Below are positions 13,384 through 25,838 of a stretch of 64,000 bases of DNA, piece after piece. A program made the translations under genes and the position numbers. Origin of the DNA: Schmidtea polychroa. Its lineage: Eukaryota. The notes under the pieces were generated by a model, which saw only the letters and a program-made list of their open reading frames with translations, had not been told where the DNA came from and ran no database searches. Every line of letters begins with the position of its first letter. The first letter of the stretch is position 1. The stretch covers positions 26,724,001-26,788,000 of the forward strand of contig CM097885.1 in assembly GCA_044892525.1 (NCBI GenBank). Reading direction: 5' to 3'.

Positions 13384-14239
13384 GGGGCATTCTGAATAAT
13401 ATAACACTTTTTTTTATAATTTTTAAAAATTTTTCTGTTTTCCAGAGTTTTTCTAGTTTTGTTATATTTTTTTATTTTATATTTTATATTTTTTTAAAAT
13501 ATTATTTTAGAATTTATTAATATGCATTTTATATTTGGCGTTTTTACATATGTCTATTTTAATATCACAAAAAAATTTTTATAGTAAGCCCAGGGCGCCA
13601 AAAATATCCCTGCCCCCGGGCGCCAAGTACTCTAGCTACGCCACTGAATGTGACTAATACCCTTACGACCAGTACCATTGCGATATGTTGAATGTGAGCA
13701 GTAGTCATAGAAGGTCAAAATATCTTGTCGGATAAACTCAGACTATATATAATAAAACGAATTAACAATAAATATTTATTGAATGCAATTTTTACTTTGC
13801 AATAATACGTCAGTAGTAATCAATTAAAAATTAAGTAGATCTTTTGTGAATTAGAATTAGAATTCTGTAGTCTTTCATTGAAATTCTATTTAAATTATTT
13901 TCAATTCAACGTGGTGTTTTATAGTTGTTGACTATTATTCATTATTGATTGTAATTAAAAATATTTTTAAATTCTAGCAGAAATAAAAATTAATTTATTT
14001 AAAAAGTATTTGATAAAATACAATGAAGAATACTTAGTTGGTTGTTAGTATATGGTACCTAGTTGTAAGTATTTGGTGATTATTTATTAGTATCTAGTTA
14101 AAAATATTTAGTAGCTCGTAGTACCTAGATAGTATTAATTTTATTAAGTCTTTAATTGTTATTATTTTATGTAAAGGTATGTGATTGTTAGTACTTGGTA
14201 GCAAGTATCTGGTCGTTGAATTATTATTATTATTATTGT

Positions 14240-14871
14240 TGTTGGGTTTTCAGTTAATTTAAGTCGGTTACCTCTGACCCTCGTGTCCTTTAAATCAAAA
14301 CAATAAACGACCCAACGTATATTGAAATCAAAATATATTTTCTCTCGATAATACACAATCAATAATAAATAGTCCAACAGTTCGAGTCTGACCGATTCTC
14401 CACTCGGTGTTGATGCTTTGATAAAGATAATATTCACCTTTTATTTCCTTAGGTTCATTTGACCAACGCTTTCCTTTTTCACCCTTTTTATTCTTATTCC
14501 ATCTCTTCTTTTTCCCTAATCTCCTAAATTCGTTTTTACCTTTTCCTAAACTCAGTTTCTTCTTGTCCCTAGCTGAGGCAAAATGCCGGTTTGCTCTGAT
14601 TTTCCCATTCCATATATACTCTTCGAAATCAGAATGACAAATGGTTATTGCCGAACCAATCTCTCACTTGACATTCGCTTCCACATATCTGTTTCGGCTG
14701 TCACCCATAATGGTCCAACGAACAAAGATAATTAATGGCCCGTCCGGCCTTTCTACACGCACTATCTTCTCTATGCTATTTTTCCAATTAATCATTGTGT
14801 CAAGCTAATGGGTCCAAATCTTCTTTCTGTTTACTTTTCTTCTTGTTTACCCAGCTCGGGTTTCCTTCATC
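14240..14871 (-). mobile_element. Truncated LTR, same family as 20067-21086
   Basis: High-identity match to 20067-~20712, starting TGTTGGGTTTT. Confidence 0.85.
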
Positions 14872-15079
14872 GACGAGAACTATTACATAATAGTTTCATC
14901 GTTCGACACTGTTATGCAATAATGTCGAGTAAAAATTGTTGAAACCTTTGATTATATAATTATTCCCGTGGACATTTTTTTGCTTTTTTGATTACATAAT
15001 TGTTGCCGTACGCTCCAATGTTTTTTTCTGGGATTTTCAATACAAAAATTTTTTTTTCAATAGTAAATGGTGGTCCTCG

Positions 15080-15450
15080 CTAAAAAAGCATGGAATTATT
15101 CAAACTATAGTGAAGGGGTCTCCATGGTCCTGAGAATTTCAATGCAAAATCCGACTATCACTAAAAAAGCATTGAATTATTCAGACTATAGTGAAGGGGT
15201 CTCCATGGTCCTGGGATTTTCAATAAAAAAAAGGTAGTTTTAAATGAAAAAAGGTGGTAATGGTAAATTTTTGAATTAAAGTAAATTATGGTCTAAATTT
15301 TTAAATTAAAGTTAAATAAGGTCTGAATTTTTGAATTAGAGTAAATTATGGTCCAAATAAATTAATTAAGGTTTAAATTTTTGAATTAAAGTAAATTATG
15401 ATCCAAAAAATTAAATTAAAGTAATTAAGGGCTCAGATTTTTGAATTACT
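15080..15450. repeat. Two ~80-bp direct repeats followed by a degenerate AT-rich minisatellite
   Basis: CTAAAAAAGCAT..GAAGGGGTCTCCATGGTCCTG twice; TTTTGAATTAAAGTAAATTATGGTC-like units after it. Confidence 0.7.
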
Positions 15451-15479
15451 GTAAATAATTGTGAATTATTTTTCAAAAA

Positions 15480-15890
15480 TTTTGTATTTTTAAATTAGAA
15501 ATTTTTATTTTTATCACCTTTATTGGGTCGTTTGGTGGCCATGATGGAATTCACCATTTTGATAGATTTTTATTCGAAATTTTGATATAATTTCTTTTTA
15601 AGTAGGATTTTATGGAAATTTTCTTTTAAATTTTTAAATAATCGCTATTATTCGAATGTTTTTTTGGGTATATTTGAGTAGGTTTTTATGCAATACTTCT
15701 TGCTTGGGTTTTAATTTATTATTATTTGGATGTTTTTAATTTTTGTGTGTTGTGCTTTTCTATTTTATTTGTTTATTTGATGTCGATATATTTCATTTTA
15801 AGTAAACTTCATGCTGGGTTTGCGCGTTGTGTACCGATACATTTCGTTAAGATCCTAACTTTGGATCTAAAAATCAGTTCTAGCCCAACA
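15480..15890 (-). mobile_element. LTR-like repeat of the TGTTGGGCTAGAAC family
   Basis: Ends CAGTTCTAGCCCAACA; inverted similarity to 55575-56140 and 48845-49400. Confidence 0.55.
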
Positions 15891-16656
15891 TTAGCTACTA
15901 TAAATTTTATATAAACACATCCATAAAATAATAATCTTTCAAAATTTTATTTAAATAAAACACTTCTTTTCAATATTATTAAAACATGCAATATATTTCA
16001 GGAGTTTTCCGCGTCAAATATCGATATTTTCTAAAGTGCAAATTTCATTTACATCAACAACATACTAAATTTATTATTTTAAAATATGTTTTAAAGATAA
16101 TATTTAATTTTTAAATACATACTTAGATCAGAAATCCCTTAAAAAATTCCCGACAAACGAATTCAACAAAATCAATAATTCCACATTTCAAGGTCAGTAA
16201 CGTCAACATCTACATACGAAAAAACTTAGAATCACAAACGCAACGTAAAATATATTCAATGATATAAAATGTATATGCACACACATTATATATATAATTT
16301 AAAATTTTAGGAACGTTTCCATTAAAATAAAATTTGAAAATTTAATCTAACATACATAAAATCACTAAAAATATTTAATTGTAACTAAAATATTTGATTA
16401 GAAATATAATATTTACCATTCTGCAAAATTTATCGATCAAAAAAGTGTAATTTCAATTGAATAAGAACACAGCTCAAAATCAACCAATCAGGACAGCGCT
16501 TCAATATTTATTGAACCAGAATCGATTGAATATAATTTTCCCCGTAACGAAAATAATAATGATAAAAATCTAATAAAAATATTCACAACACAGCAACCAA
16601 CTCGATATAAAATATGATGCGAAAACAAATAGAATTAGTCAATAAAAATAATCCAG

Positions 16657-18087
16657 TTAAAACATAACTTTTATATTCGGTAAAACCTTCGATCCGACTA
16701 ATTTACAAAATTCTTCAATCATTCCTATTAAATCCGAAGACAGCTGCGGAAGAAAGCGCCTTAATTTAAACGGCTTCCTCGAAACGATTACATTAATTAA
16801 TTCCGACAACTGAGTTATTGATTTGTTTTCCAGACTGAATTTATCCGTTTCCGAGTCAGCAGCGAATCTAGCGAATTTAGATTCGTCAAGAATTTTCTGA
16901 CAAATTTTCACATCGACCCAACTGTAAGTCATTGGACACAACAGCATAGATCCGCTGTATTGGGCTTTGTATCGCATCTTTGTACATTGATGTGTATAAA
17001 AGCCCATATAATAGAATCTGAAATCAGGATCGGAATATTTTATTCGTAATTCATTGACGAAATTTATTTCATAGAGCGCAGAAAAAACTCCCAAATTCAG
17101 GAATGAATAATCCGGATCATAAAAAAGATAAACAGACGACAAAGCGCTCGGAACAATATCGATAACTCCAACAGCAATTAAATGGGTTCCATCTAGCCAA
17201 TATTGCTGATGATATTGGCCTTGAGGAAGATTTCGTTTAGGACGATTTAAATCGATTATATCTGATGTTTTGTTGTGATAAATACCACCTTTGATAAGAA
17301 ATCGTTCAAATTGTTTCATATCAACCTCACTGGGACGATCGTTATGAATTTTACACTGGTATTTAGTATATATTTTATGTTCCTCAGATTTCGTTTCACT
17401 AAATTCCTTAACTTCCGGATGAGAACGAAGAGTTTTTATTACTAATGAATGTTTCGGTGACACTAAATCTGAATAATCTAAATATTCTGAAAGCGACTTT
17501 GACTTTTGTTTCAGCTGCCTTCTTAATCGTTTCTGGTGATAATTTGCAAGTAATTCATCAAAAGGTTTATTTTCAGTTTCAGCTTGATGCTTCAATTTTG
17601 TTAACTTTCTATTGAAACGAATATGTTTTGCTTTCTTCGATTTATCATGTTTAATTGCAGAGCCAAATTTTAAAAGTGTATTTTCGTTTATATTAACCGA
17701 TGTATCAGTTACCGACGCTTCATCACCCCTAGCATTTATATTAGAGTTAGTTGATTTCTTTTTGACAATTCCTTCTTTACCTGAAATTAAAAATTTTCGG
17801 AAATTTTTTAAAACTGTTCGTTGAGATTTAGATAATTCAAAATTTGCTGCATCACATCGTATTGTGTAAAGAGGGCAGCAGGTAGTTTCATTTGCTGGTT
17901 TATAAAAATAAGTACCACATCTTCGCCAACCTCTATTCATTAGATTTAAATAAGTTTCAGGTTTCATTGTATCACATAATATTCCGAAAGAAGATTTCAT
18001 TTCCGTGGAAACGTTACAATACCCACAATGTCCACCACTACTACTTCCACAAATACTTACTGTATCAATGTCATTTGGCAAACTCAT
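16657..18087 (-). CDS. ATE1: Arginyl-tRNA--protein transferase 1, canonical paralogue B (intronless, 476 aa)
   Basis: HCGYC, YKP, TCCPLYTIRC and YYMGFY.H.C.KM.YK.QY motifs match canonical eukaryotic ATE1. Confidence 0.97.
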   Translation of the reverse strand: MSLPNDIDTVSICGSSSGGHCGYCNVSTEMKSSFGILCDTMKPETYLNLMNRGWRRCGTYFYKPANETTCCPLYTIRCDAANFELSKSQRTVLKNFRKFLISGKEGIVKKKSTNSNINARGDEASVTDTSVNINENTLLKFGSAIKHDKSKKAKHIRFNRKLTKLKHQAETENKPFDELLANYHQKRLRRQLKQKSKSLSEYLDYSDLVSPKHSLVIKTLRSHPEVKEFSETKSEEHKIYTKYQCKIHNDRPSEVDMKQFERFLIKGGIYHNKTSDIIDLNRPKRNLPQGQYHQQYWLDGTHLIAVGVIDIVPSALSSVYLFYDPDYSFLNLGVFSALYEINFVNELRIKYSDPDFRFYYMGFYTHQCTKMRYKAQYSGSMLLCPMTYSWVDVKICQKILDESKFARFAADSETDKFSLENKSITQLSELINVIVSRKPFKLRRFLPQLSSDLIGMIEEFCKLVGSKVLPNIKVMF

Positions 18088-18866
18088 TGCAAAATTTTAA
18101 ATATGCAACTAATTACGTAAATTATTTAGAAAATAAATTTATTGATAATTTAAAAAAAATTATTAACAAATTCTTAATTTGAAAATAAACAGCTTATGAG
18201 TTTAACAAAACACATTTATACATAAATTATATAAAATATAGATATTTTTATTTATTTTTTACAAATAATTTTGTAATAATAACTGAAATTAAATCTACTA
18301 AACATCTTTATCAACAACAAACACATCAAATATTATTTTCAGTTTTTACTAATCAAAATTTGATGTACAAAACTATTAAGAATCTGAATCAATCAAACTT
18401 TATACTTGGTTCGATCCAAATATCAGACGAAAAAGTTATTAAAATGATGAAATTGCCTAAGGTTTTCAATAACTATTCATCAAAGTATTCTATTATACTT
18501 CTTTCAGTTTCAGAAGCCCTAATAGAAAGGTTTTGTAATTATAAAATTTCGACATTTTAAGCTACTACTGCCTTAGTTTTACATTGACCAAACAGGAACT
18601 GGATGGTCGTAAATATTTGAATTTTCACTGACCACATAGCAAACATGTATGATTTTGTTGGTAAATAGATTTTCACATTAATTGTAATTTGTCAAAAGGA
18701 CATTTAAAGTAAATGAATTTGTAAAAAAATCAATATTAGACGAATTTACCAAAAATCGAAATCCATACAATTGGTCCATGAGTCAAAAGGGGTTGGGGAC
18801 CTCTGGACTAGACTAGATCTAGTTAGTTGAGTTTATTTACTATCTTATGCTATTGTGCCATCATTT

Positions 18867-19105
18867 TGGTGGGTTACAGGTAAATCACATCTTACTCTTT
18901 TGTGGTGTCTCCCACGTAATCCAGAATATTACTGATTCATTTTGCCATTTGACACCCGTTGAGCACTCTACACATGAGTATTCGACGTCGTTAATGTGTA
19001 GCCTGGGTGAATGTTTGTGAAAAGTGAGCATACTCCAGCATACTGTAATCGTAAACCATTCAGGTTTGTTCACGAACTTAATTAGAAGGTCTATGTCCGA
19101 TTTTC
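18867..19105 (-). ncRNA. Structured 3' RNA module, copy D (more decayed)
   Basis: GGTGGGTTACAGGTAA terminus; AGTATGC-TGGA-GTATGCT-CAC hairpin and TCGGACATAGACCTTCTA on the minus strand. Confidence 0.65.
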
Positions 19106-19499
19106 GCTTATCAATTCTCATCGTATCGCCTATCAGGTAATCTACTACTCTCCATTACGAAATTGAAGGAAAAACATTGACATGCAGCGAAAACCAATGC
19201 GGAGAATTATTTGTTAACGAGAATAAAACACTTTTCTATTTTCTCCAAATTAATTTCGACTAGGAGTAGTCATTTAGAAATTCTGAAATGAGCACATTAT
19301 TCTTAATAAAGGGAACAATATGAGAATTTTAATAAAAGATCAAAATAACAACTTATAAAAAATTACGAGAAGAATTACATACTAAATTACATCCACTAAT
19401 TAAAAAACCAGTTAAAGAAATAAGATAGCCTGAACTGAATTTTGGTATAAAGTGTATCGAGTATAAAAGTTTGAATAATTTGAAACAGTTGTTCCTAGT

Positions 19500-19842
19500 G
19501 AGGGTGGCTGTAGAAGAAGATTGAGGCCTGGAATATAGGATTCTGAATGGAGAAGGCAAATCGCACAGAAGGAAGATCGAGTCGAACGCAAAGTGAACAA
19601 GATAAAATTGAGCTCATACCCCTCAAAATTCGAGTGTGTCAGTTGGAGACGCAGGTCACCCAAGAGACCTTCGATCGAGACCTGATCGAGCACATACGGC
19701 CGGTAAGTCTAGAATTTTAGGGGTAACTAAGCCTCAGCGGCCTATCTCAAGGAAGAATAGGCCATGGACAGCAGAACGAGTACGGCTTCGACTCAAGGAA
19801 AAGCACGAAGTTCAAAAGGCAGAAAATAAATCATTAGCGTAG
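19500..19842 (+). pseudogene. Coiled-coil/basic ORF of the unclassified element, copy E (frameshifted)
   Basis: Translates to QSEQDKIELIPLKIRVCQLETQVTQETFDRDLIEHIRPVSLE then SRKNRPWTAERVRLRLKEK, aligning with 58858-59253. Confidence 0.7.
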
Positions 19843-19939
19843 TTTAAATAAATAAATTTAGTGTGATTCCTTGTCATTTATTTACTGAATGCCATGTTCC
19901 ATTGAGACAATTTTAACTAAGAGATGACAAACAGAGAAG

Positions 19940-21190
19940 CACCTAAAAGAAAGTCGGACATAGGGTTTCTAACGGCAATCTGCGAACCCGCTCAAGTGCT
20001 TACCGATTATAGTGGACAAGGTACGCTCATCTTTCGCAAGTACTCACCCACTCGATGCAGTTCCAATGTTGGGTTTTTGGTTAATTTAAGTCGGTTCCCT
20101 CTGACTCCTCGTGTCCTTTAAATCAAAACAATAACGACCCAACGCATATTGAAATAACAAATTCACAACCTCTTCTCATCACTTTACAATTAATAATCAA
20201 AGTTACGTTTGACCGGTTCTCCGCTCGGTGTTGATGCTTTGATAAAGATAATATTCACCTTTTATTCTCTTAGGTTCTCTTGACCAACGTTGTCCTCTTT
20301 TTCTGTTTGATTTGATCCTTTTCACTCTTTTTATTCTTATTCTATCTCTTCTTTTTCCCTAATCTCCTAAATTCGTTTTCGCCTTTTCCTAAACTCGGTT
20401 TCTTCTTACCCTAGCTGAGGCAAAATGCCGATTTGCTCTGATTTTCCCTTTCCTTATATACTCCTCGAAATCGGGATGACAAATGGTTATTGCCGAGCCA
20501 ATCTTTCACTTAACATTTGCTTCCACGTATCTGCTTCGGCTGTCACCCATAATGGTCCAACGAACCAAGATAATTAATGGCTCTTCCGACCTTTCTACAC
20601 GCACTATCTTCTCCTTGCTCTTTTCCAATTAATCATTGTGTCAAGCTAATGGGCCCAAATCTTCCTTCTGTTTACTTTTCTTCTTGTTTACCCAGCTCGG
20701 GTTTCCTTCATCTCTCGGGTTCTCCATTGGCTAGGGTTTCCCATTAGCTCGGGTTTTCTATTAGCCAATTAATTAATTAATTAACATTTTCTGTTTTTAC
20801 ACATTTGAATGCTTTTCGACCCTTCCTTGTTGACCATTAGCTACTCTATACCTGTCCCATTTTCCCAATTCGATTTCGATGATTTTACAATTTATTGATT
20901 TTTCTCGGATTTCCGGATTCTTGCCTTTCGTAATTGCTTTTGGCATTTTCTCATACTGCTTCCATCGTACTTTCCTTTACTATCACTTCCGTGCATGATC
21001 ACGCTTTTATTTGTCTTTTTTCCTTTACTTACTTTTTATTTAACCTAAATTTCATTTCAATTTATTTTAATTTTCGGACCTCAACACCAACGTTGATTAC
21101 TCAACGGGTATCGAGTGATACAACATTCTTTTATTCTGGGTTACGCTGGAAACACCACGAAAGGCTAAAATGGTTATTACCTGTAACCCA
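19940..21190 (+). ncRNA. Structured 3' RNA module, copy E, split by a solo LTR (19940-20066 plus 21087-21190)
   Basis: Removing the LTR and one CCAA restores CTCGATGC-AGTTCCAA-CGTTGA-TTAC-TCAACG-G-GTATCGAG. Confidence 0.75.
20067..21086 (-). mobile_element. Solo LTR (1020 bp)
   Basis: TGTTGGG...CCTCAACA termini; 4-bp TSD CCAA (20063-20066, 21087-21090); TATATAAGG and AATAAA on the minus strand. Confidence 0.9.
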
Positions 21191-21593
21191 TCAATTGTTT
21201 TCATATCTCAATCACCACTGTTGAAATATTGAATCATTTTGTGTAGTCGTAAATTTGTAATCATTTGCATTGATCAATAAAGTTTATATTGTTTGGAATT
21301 CGTAATTATTATCAATCAAGGAATACTTTGGAGTCAGATTAATAATTGTAAATCTCACATTTCAACGACAACCACAATAAATTGATACCCCTAAAATTGT
21401 GAGACCTAGAGGAGCATCTCATCTTCTCCGTTGGATCATTGTTATATGATACACTGATGAGAAAGAATACTGAATAAAGAAAAATATAAACTATTAATAT
21501 TTCCCTTTAAAATATTTCCCCTTTATTACAAAATTTTATAAATTTGTTTAATTATGGATCAACAGTTGATGAAACATAATTAAGGCAAATATC

Positions 21594-23174
21594 ATGTTCA
21601 GTAAAGTTATTGAAAATGAATGTGGAGTCTGTTATTCGGTAATTGAACAGACGAACCAAGTAAAACTTCTACCTTGTAATCATGGCTTATGTTTGGACTG
21701 CATCAAATCATGGGTACTCGAAAATGCAACTTGCCCCTTTGACCGATCGGAAATAATTAATATTTCAGTTTTTGACATCAGAGAAAATGGAGAAATATTG
21801 ATCACAACCACTGAATTAATATATGAGACTCTTTTGAATAACACAAGAAAAGTCATAAAAAAGTTTATGAAAAAAATCATTAAATTAATTGAATTATCAT
21901 CAATAATTCACTTAATAATCGATAAAGCAGTCAAATATTTCAATTATCTAAAAATATTCTACGATGAAAATATTTTACAGAAATTACTCACAGATGATTC
22001 CAAATCAGAAAATGAATCTCTAGAAATTTTTCTTGATAAAATATCTCAATTTCCATATCAACCAATGGATTATTTAGTGGGAAATTTCCAAGAGAAAAAT
22101 TTTAATTTGACCATAATAGTAAAATCAATGAAAAGCTTTGAACTAATCTCGTTGAAATATTTCCCAAAGGATCCAGTAATTTTTCAATATGCGACTGATT
22201 TCATGAATCTATTGGATAGTTTAGCGACTGTTCGGGAATTAGGCAGTCAATACAAAGAGATTATTGGATATTTTAATGATTTCCAAGCCAATCGGGGAAA
22301 TTCCATTTTATCCAATAGATTTTTCGCGAAGCATTTTTTTGACAAAATTGAAACTCTAAATTTGCTCCTTTTCACAACTTGCACTTATCGAGATTTCATT
22401 AAGTCTTTGATTTTGCAAATGTCCATGAAACAACTGAATATTGATTTGATGGATTTATTTGCAGATTCCATAGAGATTTGTTTGATATGCCAAAGGAGAC
22501 TGACAGATGAATTCCAAACGGTTGCCGGATGTAATCATAGATTTTGTAAACTTTGTGATGAGTTTTTCTTTTTGGACTCGATTAATTGTCCATTTCATGT
22601 CAATGTTGACAGAGGACAATTTGATAGTGACATTGAGTGTATCGGAAAAAGAATTCAATCAAAATATGAATTTATTATTGAAGAGTTGTCGAAATTCATT
22701 TTAAATACTTTAAAGTTTATTAAAATCAATCTACCAAATTTGCCCATTCAAAACATATTGCATGTCTTCCAATTATCCTACACTACGTTTTCAAAACAAT
22801 ACGAAATGTGTAATATTGAATATGAGCAGATCTTTCTTCTCTTTTCCATACTCATGCCCTTCCGAAACCGATATCATGGCATTCTTCCACACCATTTTGT
22901 AAAGACAATTGATGAGTTTGATTTCATTCTTGATCTTTTCCAGAATATCATCGAGGTTTGTATGGATAAAATGTTTGAACTTAGTCATTATGAGGGAAAG
23001 CAATTCAAAGAGATTAACAGTACCAAAATCGAAATGGAACCACAGAACTTTTCCAGTATTTTTCGTGACATATGTGAGGACTCTGTAGAGATTTATGAAA
23101 GACTGAAAAAATTAAAAATGAAAAAATCTGTGCTTGAAAATTTGAAGTTAATATCTCAGCTTGAATTTCTTTGA
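21594..23174 (+). CDS. Intronless double RING-finger protein, putative E3 ubiquitin ligase (526 aa)
   Basis: N-terminal CGVC..LLPCNHGLCLDCIKSW..TCPFDR and internal CLIC..GCNHRFCKLC..NCPFH, each followed by a helical region; AATAAA downstream. Confidence 0.85.
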   Translation: MFSKVIENECGVCYSVIEQTNQVKLLPCNHGLCLDCIKSWVLENATCPFDRSEIINISVFDIRENGEILITTTELIYETLLNNTRKVIKKFMKKIIKLIELSSIIHLIIDKAVKYFNYLKIFYDENILQKLLTDDSKSENESLEIFLDKISQFPYQPMDYLVGNFQEKNFNLTIIVKSMKSFELISLKYFPKDPVIFQYATDFMNLLDSLATVRELGSQYKEIIGYFNDFQANRGNSILSNRFFAKHFFDKIETLNLLLFTTCTYRDFIKSLILQMSMKQLNIDLMDLFADSIEICLICQRRLTDEFQTVAGCNHRFCKLCDEFFFLDSINCPFHVNVDRGQFDSDIECIGKRIQSKYEFIIEELSKFILNTLKFIKINLPNLPIQNILHVFQLSYTTFSKQYEMCNIEYEQIFLLFSILMPFRNRYHGILPHHFVKTIDEFDFILDLFQNIIEVCMDKMFELSHYEGKQFKEINSTKIEMEPQNFSSIFRDICEDSVEIYERLKKLKMKKSVLENLKLISQLEFL

Positions 23175-23332
23175 AGGATTTGAATTATTTTGTCGATCCG
23201 TCAACATTATTTATTACATAAAAAAATAAAGGTTTAAAATATCTTTTATATTTGATTTTGAATATTTTTCTATAGGTAGAATGAAATAATACCAAATATT
23301 TATTAATAATCACAATATTAATTTTTTCTTAA

Positions 23333-23563
23333 CCCTTTCTAAGGTGGTAGCAATATACTGTACACCATTTTAAACTAATAAAAACATCTAAGTGTAACGC
23401 TGTCGGTAATCATTTTTATTTTTGGTACAACTACTGACATATATTGAGCCACAAGAGAACAAATTTATAGTATTTGAAACCATAGATGTGTTTTCCCGCT
23501 ATATTTATTGAAAGCTGACAGACAAGTGTGTGTGACCTTTAGTTTCCTTTGCCTTAGAAAGGG
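23333..23563. mobile_element. piggyBac-type MITE (231 bp)
   Basis: TIR CCCTTTCTAAGG/CCTTAGAAAGGG flanked by TTAA on both sides. Confidence 0.9.
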
Positions 23564-23799
23564 TTAATATAATATTTTTATTAATAGTATAAAGGTGATG
23601 ATTTCTTGGTAGCCGCATTAATTAAATTTTAAACAATTAAATATATTATTTGCAGCAAAAGGCTAAAATTATCATTTAATTGTTTAAAATTTCTATTAAT
23701 ACAAATTATTTCTAATAATTTTTGAATTAAATGTTCATATTAAACTCTGTTCATATAAAAATAACTAAAGTATTACATAATCAGTTATCTTAGTTGTAT

Positions 23800-25300
23800 G
23801 AATCCTACGTAATTGCAATGGAATTGTGGAATGGTTCTTTTTGAGGTATAATTATTGAAAACTAAATTCTTTCCAAATTAATCAAATTTGATATTTTTAC
23901 TGTTTCATTGGAGAAAATACAGTTTCTCCAGATCCTTTCCAACGATGTGCGTTTCATAAAAATTACTTTTCACCATTACTCTTTCAATAATAAATAGGGA
24001 AAGGTCATTTTCAAAACTAAAATTAATAGTGAGGTCTTCCATGTCACTAGAGCAACTGACCAGGTTGGCCTTAATTTATATTGAAAAACAATTTCCCAAT
24101 CCTGATGTAAATTTAAAGTATTTCAAGAGTTTTCTATAAGGAGGTCTCTTTTGGAGAACAGAACTTAATATATGCGGTTCTTTTATCTTTAGTTTCAATA
24201 AAGTATTAACTTCATATTTACATTGTTTCTACATATTTAATATGTCTTCTTTTCTATTTTTTCTAAATATTGGGTTCTTAAGGGAATGAAAAAAAAATTG
24301 GTCAGTACATCATCAAAATCCTGTGTGATTGAGGTCTTTCAACTTCTAATAAAAATAATTTTAGAGCCATATTGACTTCTCTCTGCAGTGTATTGCAAAA
24401 TAATGTTTGAACTCTTTTTGATTAACAAATATGATTTCATGGAAAGAGGAGTCATGCAATAGTTACAAAAATGAATTAGTTCATTGCAAAGCGATGGGTG
24501 CAAAAAAGCTTCGGATTTTAATGAATTTCATTTAAACTGACATTTATTCTTTAAATATCTTCCTGCCAGTCTTATTCAGAAGCTATCATTAAACTGAAAA
24601 TCATTTCCGTTCAACTGAAAAACATCATTTTTAACAGATATCTTCTAGCGTCGAGAAAACAACAAGTAGGAGAATCAATCTCCATGCTTATTTAAGAATT
24701 ACGTTTTCTTAGTAAAGATTGTGTATTCAAGGCTGTAACGATTAAAAATAATATTTTGAAGACACAACTCAAGATTCTTTAATGGGTGATCTGTCAAACC
24801 GAACATTACGTCAAAAATTACTAGGGAAATTTTATATCGCTCAAGCTCTTGATTTTAAGCGAGTTCAATTAAACTCTTGGAAGTAATACTTTCAGTTAAA
24901 CTCAGTAACTGCACCAGTTAAAATTTTATCCTGTATTAAATGGGGATGAGCTATGAAACTCTATGTCAATTATGTGGTGCCAAGTTTCACAAGAGAAGTG
25001 AATTTTATTGTCCCCTCAAAGCAAAATTGATTGACGCTATTCATCCTTTAGAAAGAATAGTTCTTAACTTTGTTGGTCCAAATGTATCAATTTCCGTCAA
25101 TAAATACTTATAAATGATGGTGAAAGAATTTTCTAGCTTCATTTTTGTCTTTACATGTTCGGACATAGTTGCTTCAACCGCTATCCACAAAATTTACAAA
25201 GGTACTCAATTGATGTCCATATATCTATCCAATTTCTTGGAAATTTTCACATCGCTCATTCTAGAACCATCCCTTACAACATTCGAGGAAATGTAATAAA
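23800..25300 (-). pseudogene. Heavily decayed Gypsy-like pol remnant
   Basis: Only short minus-strand motifs across frames: FVDSG.EATMS (protease-like), VMFGLT (RT-like), LLHDS and HRWKGSG (integrase-like). Confidence 0.4.
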
Positions 25301-25838
25301 TGAGCTCCAAAGTTCCATATTATGAAAGTCAAACTTAGTGATTTTGTTTATTAATTAAATAGACTAGGTTTTTATGAATTAATTTGTTAATTAGTTTGCA
25401 TTTCTTAAATAATATTGCATACGAACCCAAAATCGATTTAAAATTATTATATTCATGTTCAACGTTTCATTTTCTATCTGCCAGAAAAATATTTATTTTC
25501 AATATTTATATATATTTTAATTAATTTTGCACTTAATTTTTATTTGCGTCGTTTTACAAATTTCACCGCTGATTTCTTTTCAATTGACATTGTATTTATT
25601 ATGAATCAGTAAATATAGCTTTTAAATAAATACAATGTCTTTTTGTATAGAAAATATTAAATCAAAAATTTTACGGAAAATGATTATGTAATCATTGGAA
25701 TTGTTTCCGTAAAATTTCTTCAAAAATTATAAAATAACGAGTGATTACGACATCACCAATAAAAATGCTAATCCTTTCCATATAAATTTTAGACCGCTAT
25801 ATAAGGTTAAAAATTTATGTTAATTTACAATAAGCAGA

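Noticed and set aside
18770..18805. hAT-MITE-like end (AAAAGGGGTTGGGGACCTCTG)
   Set aside because: No matching left TIR or 8-bp TSD found.
21452..21470. CTGATGAGAAA hammerhead core look-alike
   Set aside because: No stem II and no flanking stems.
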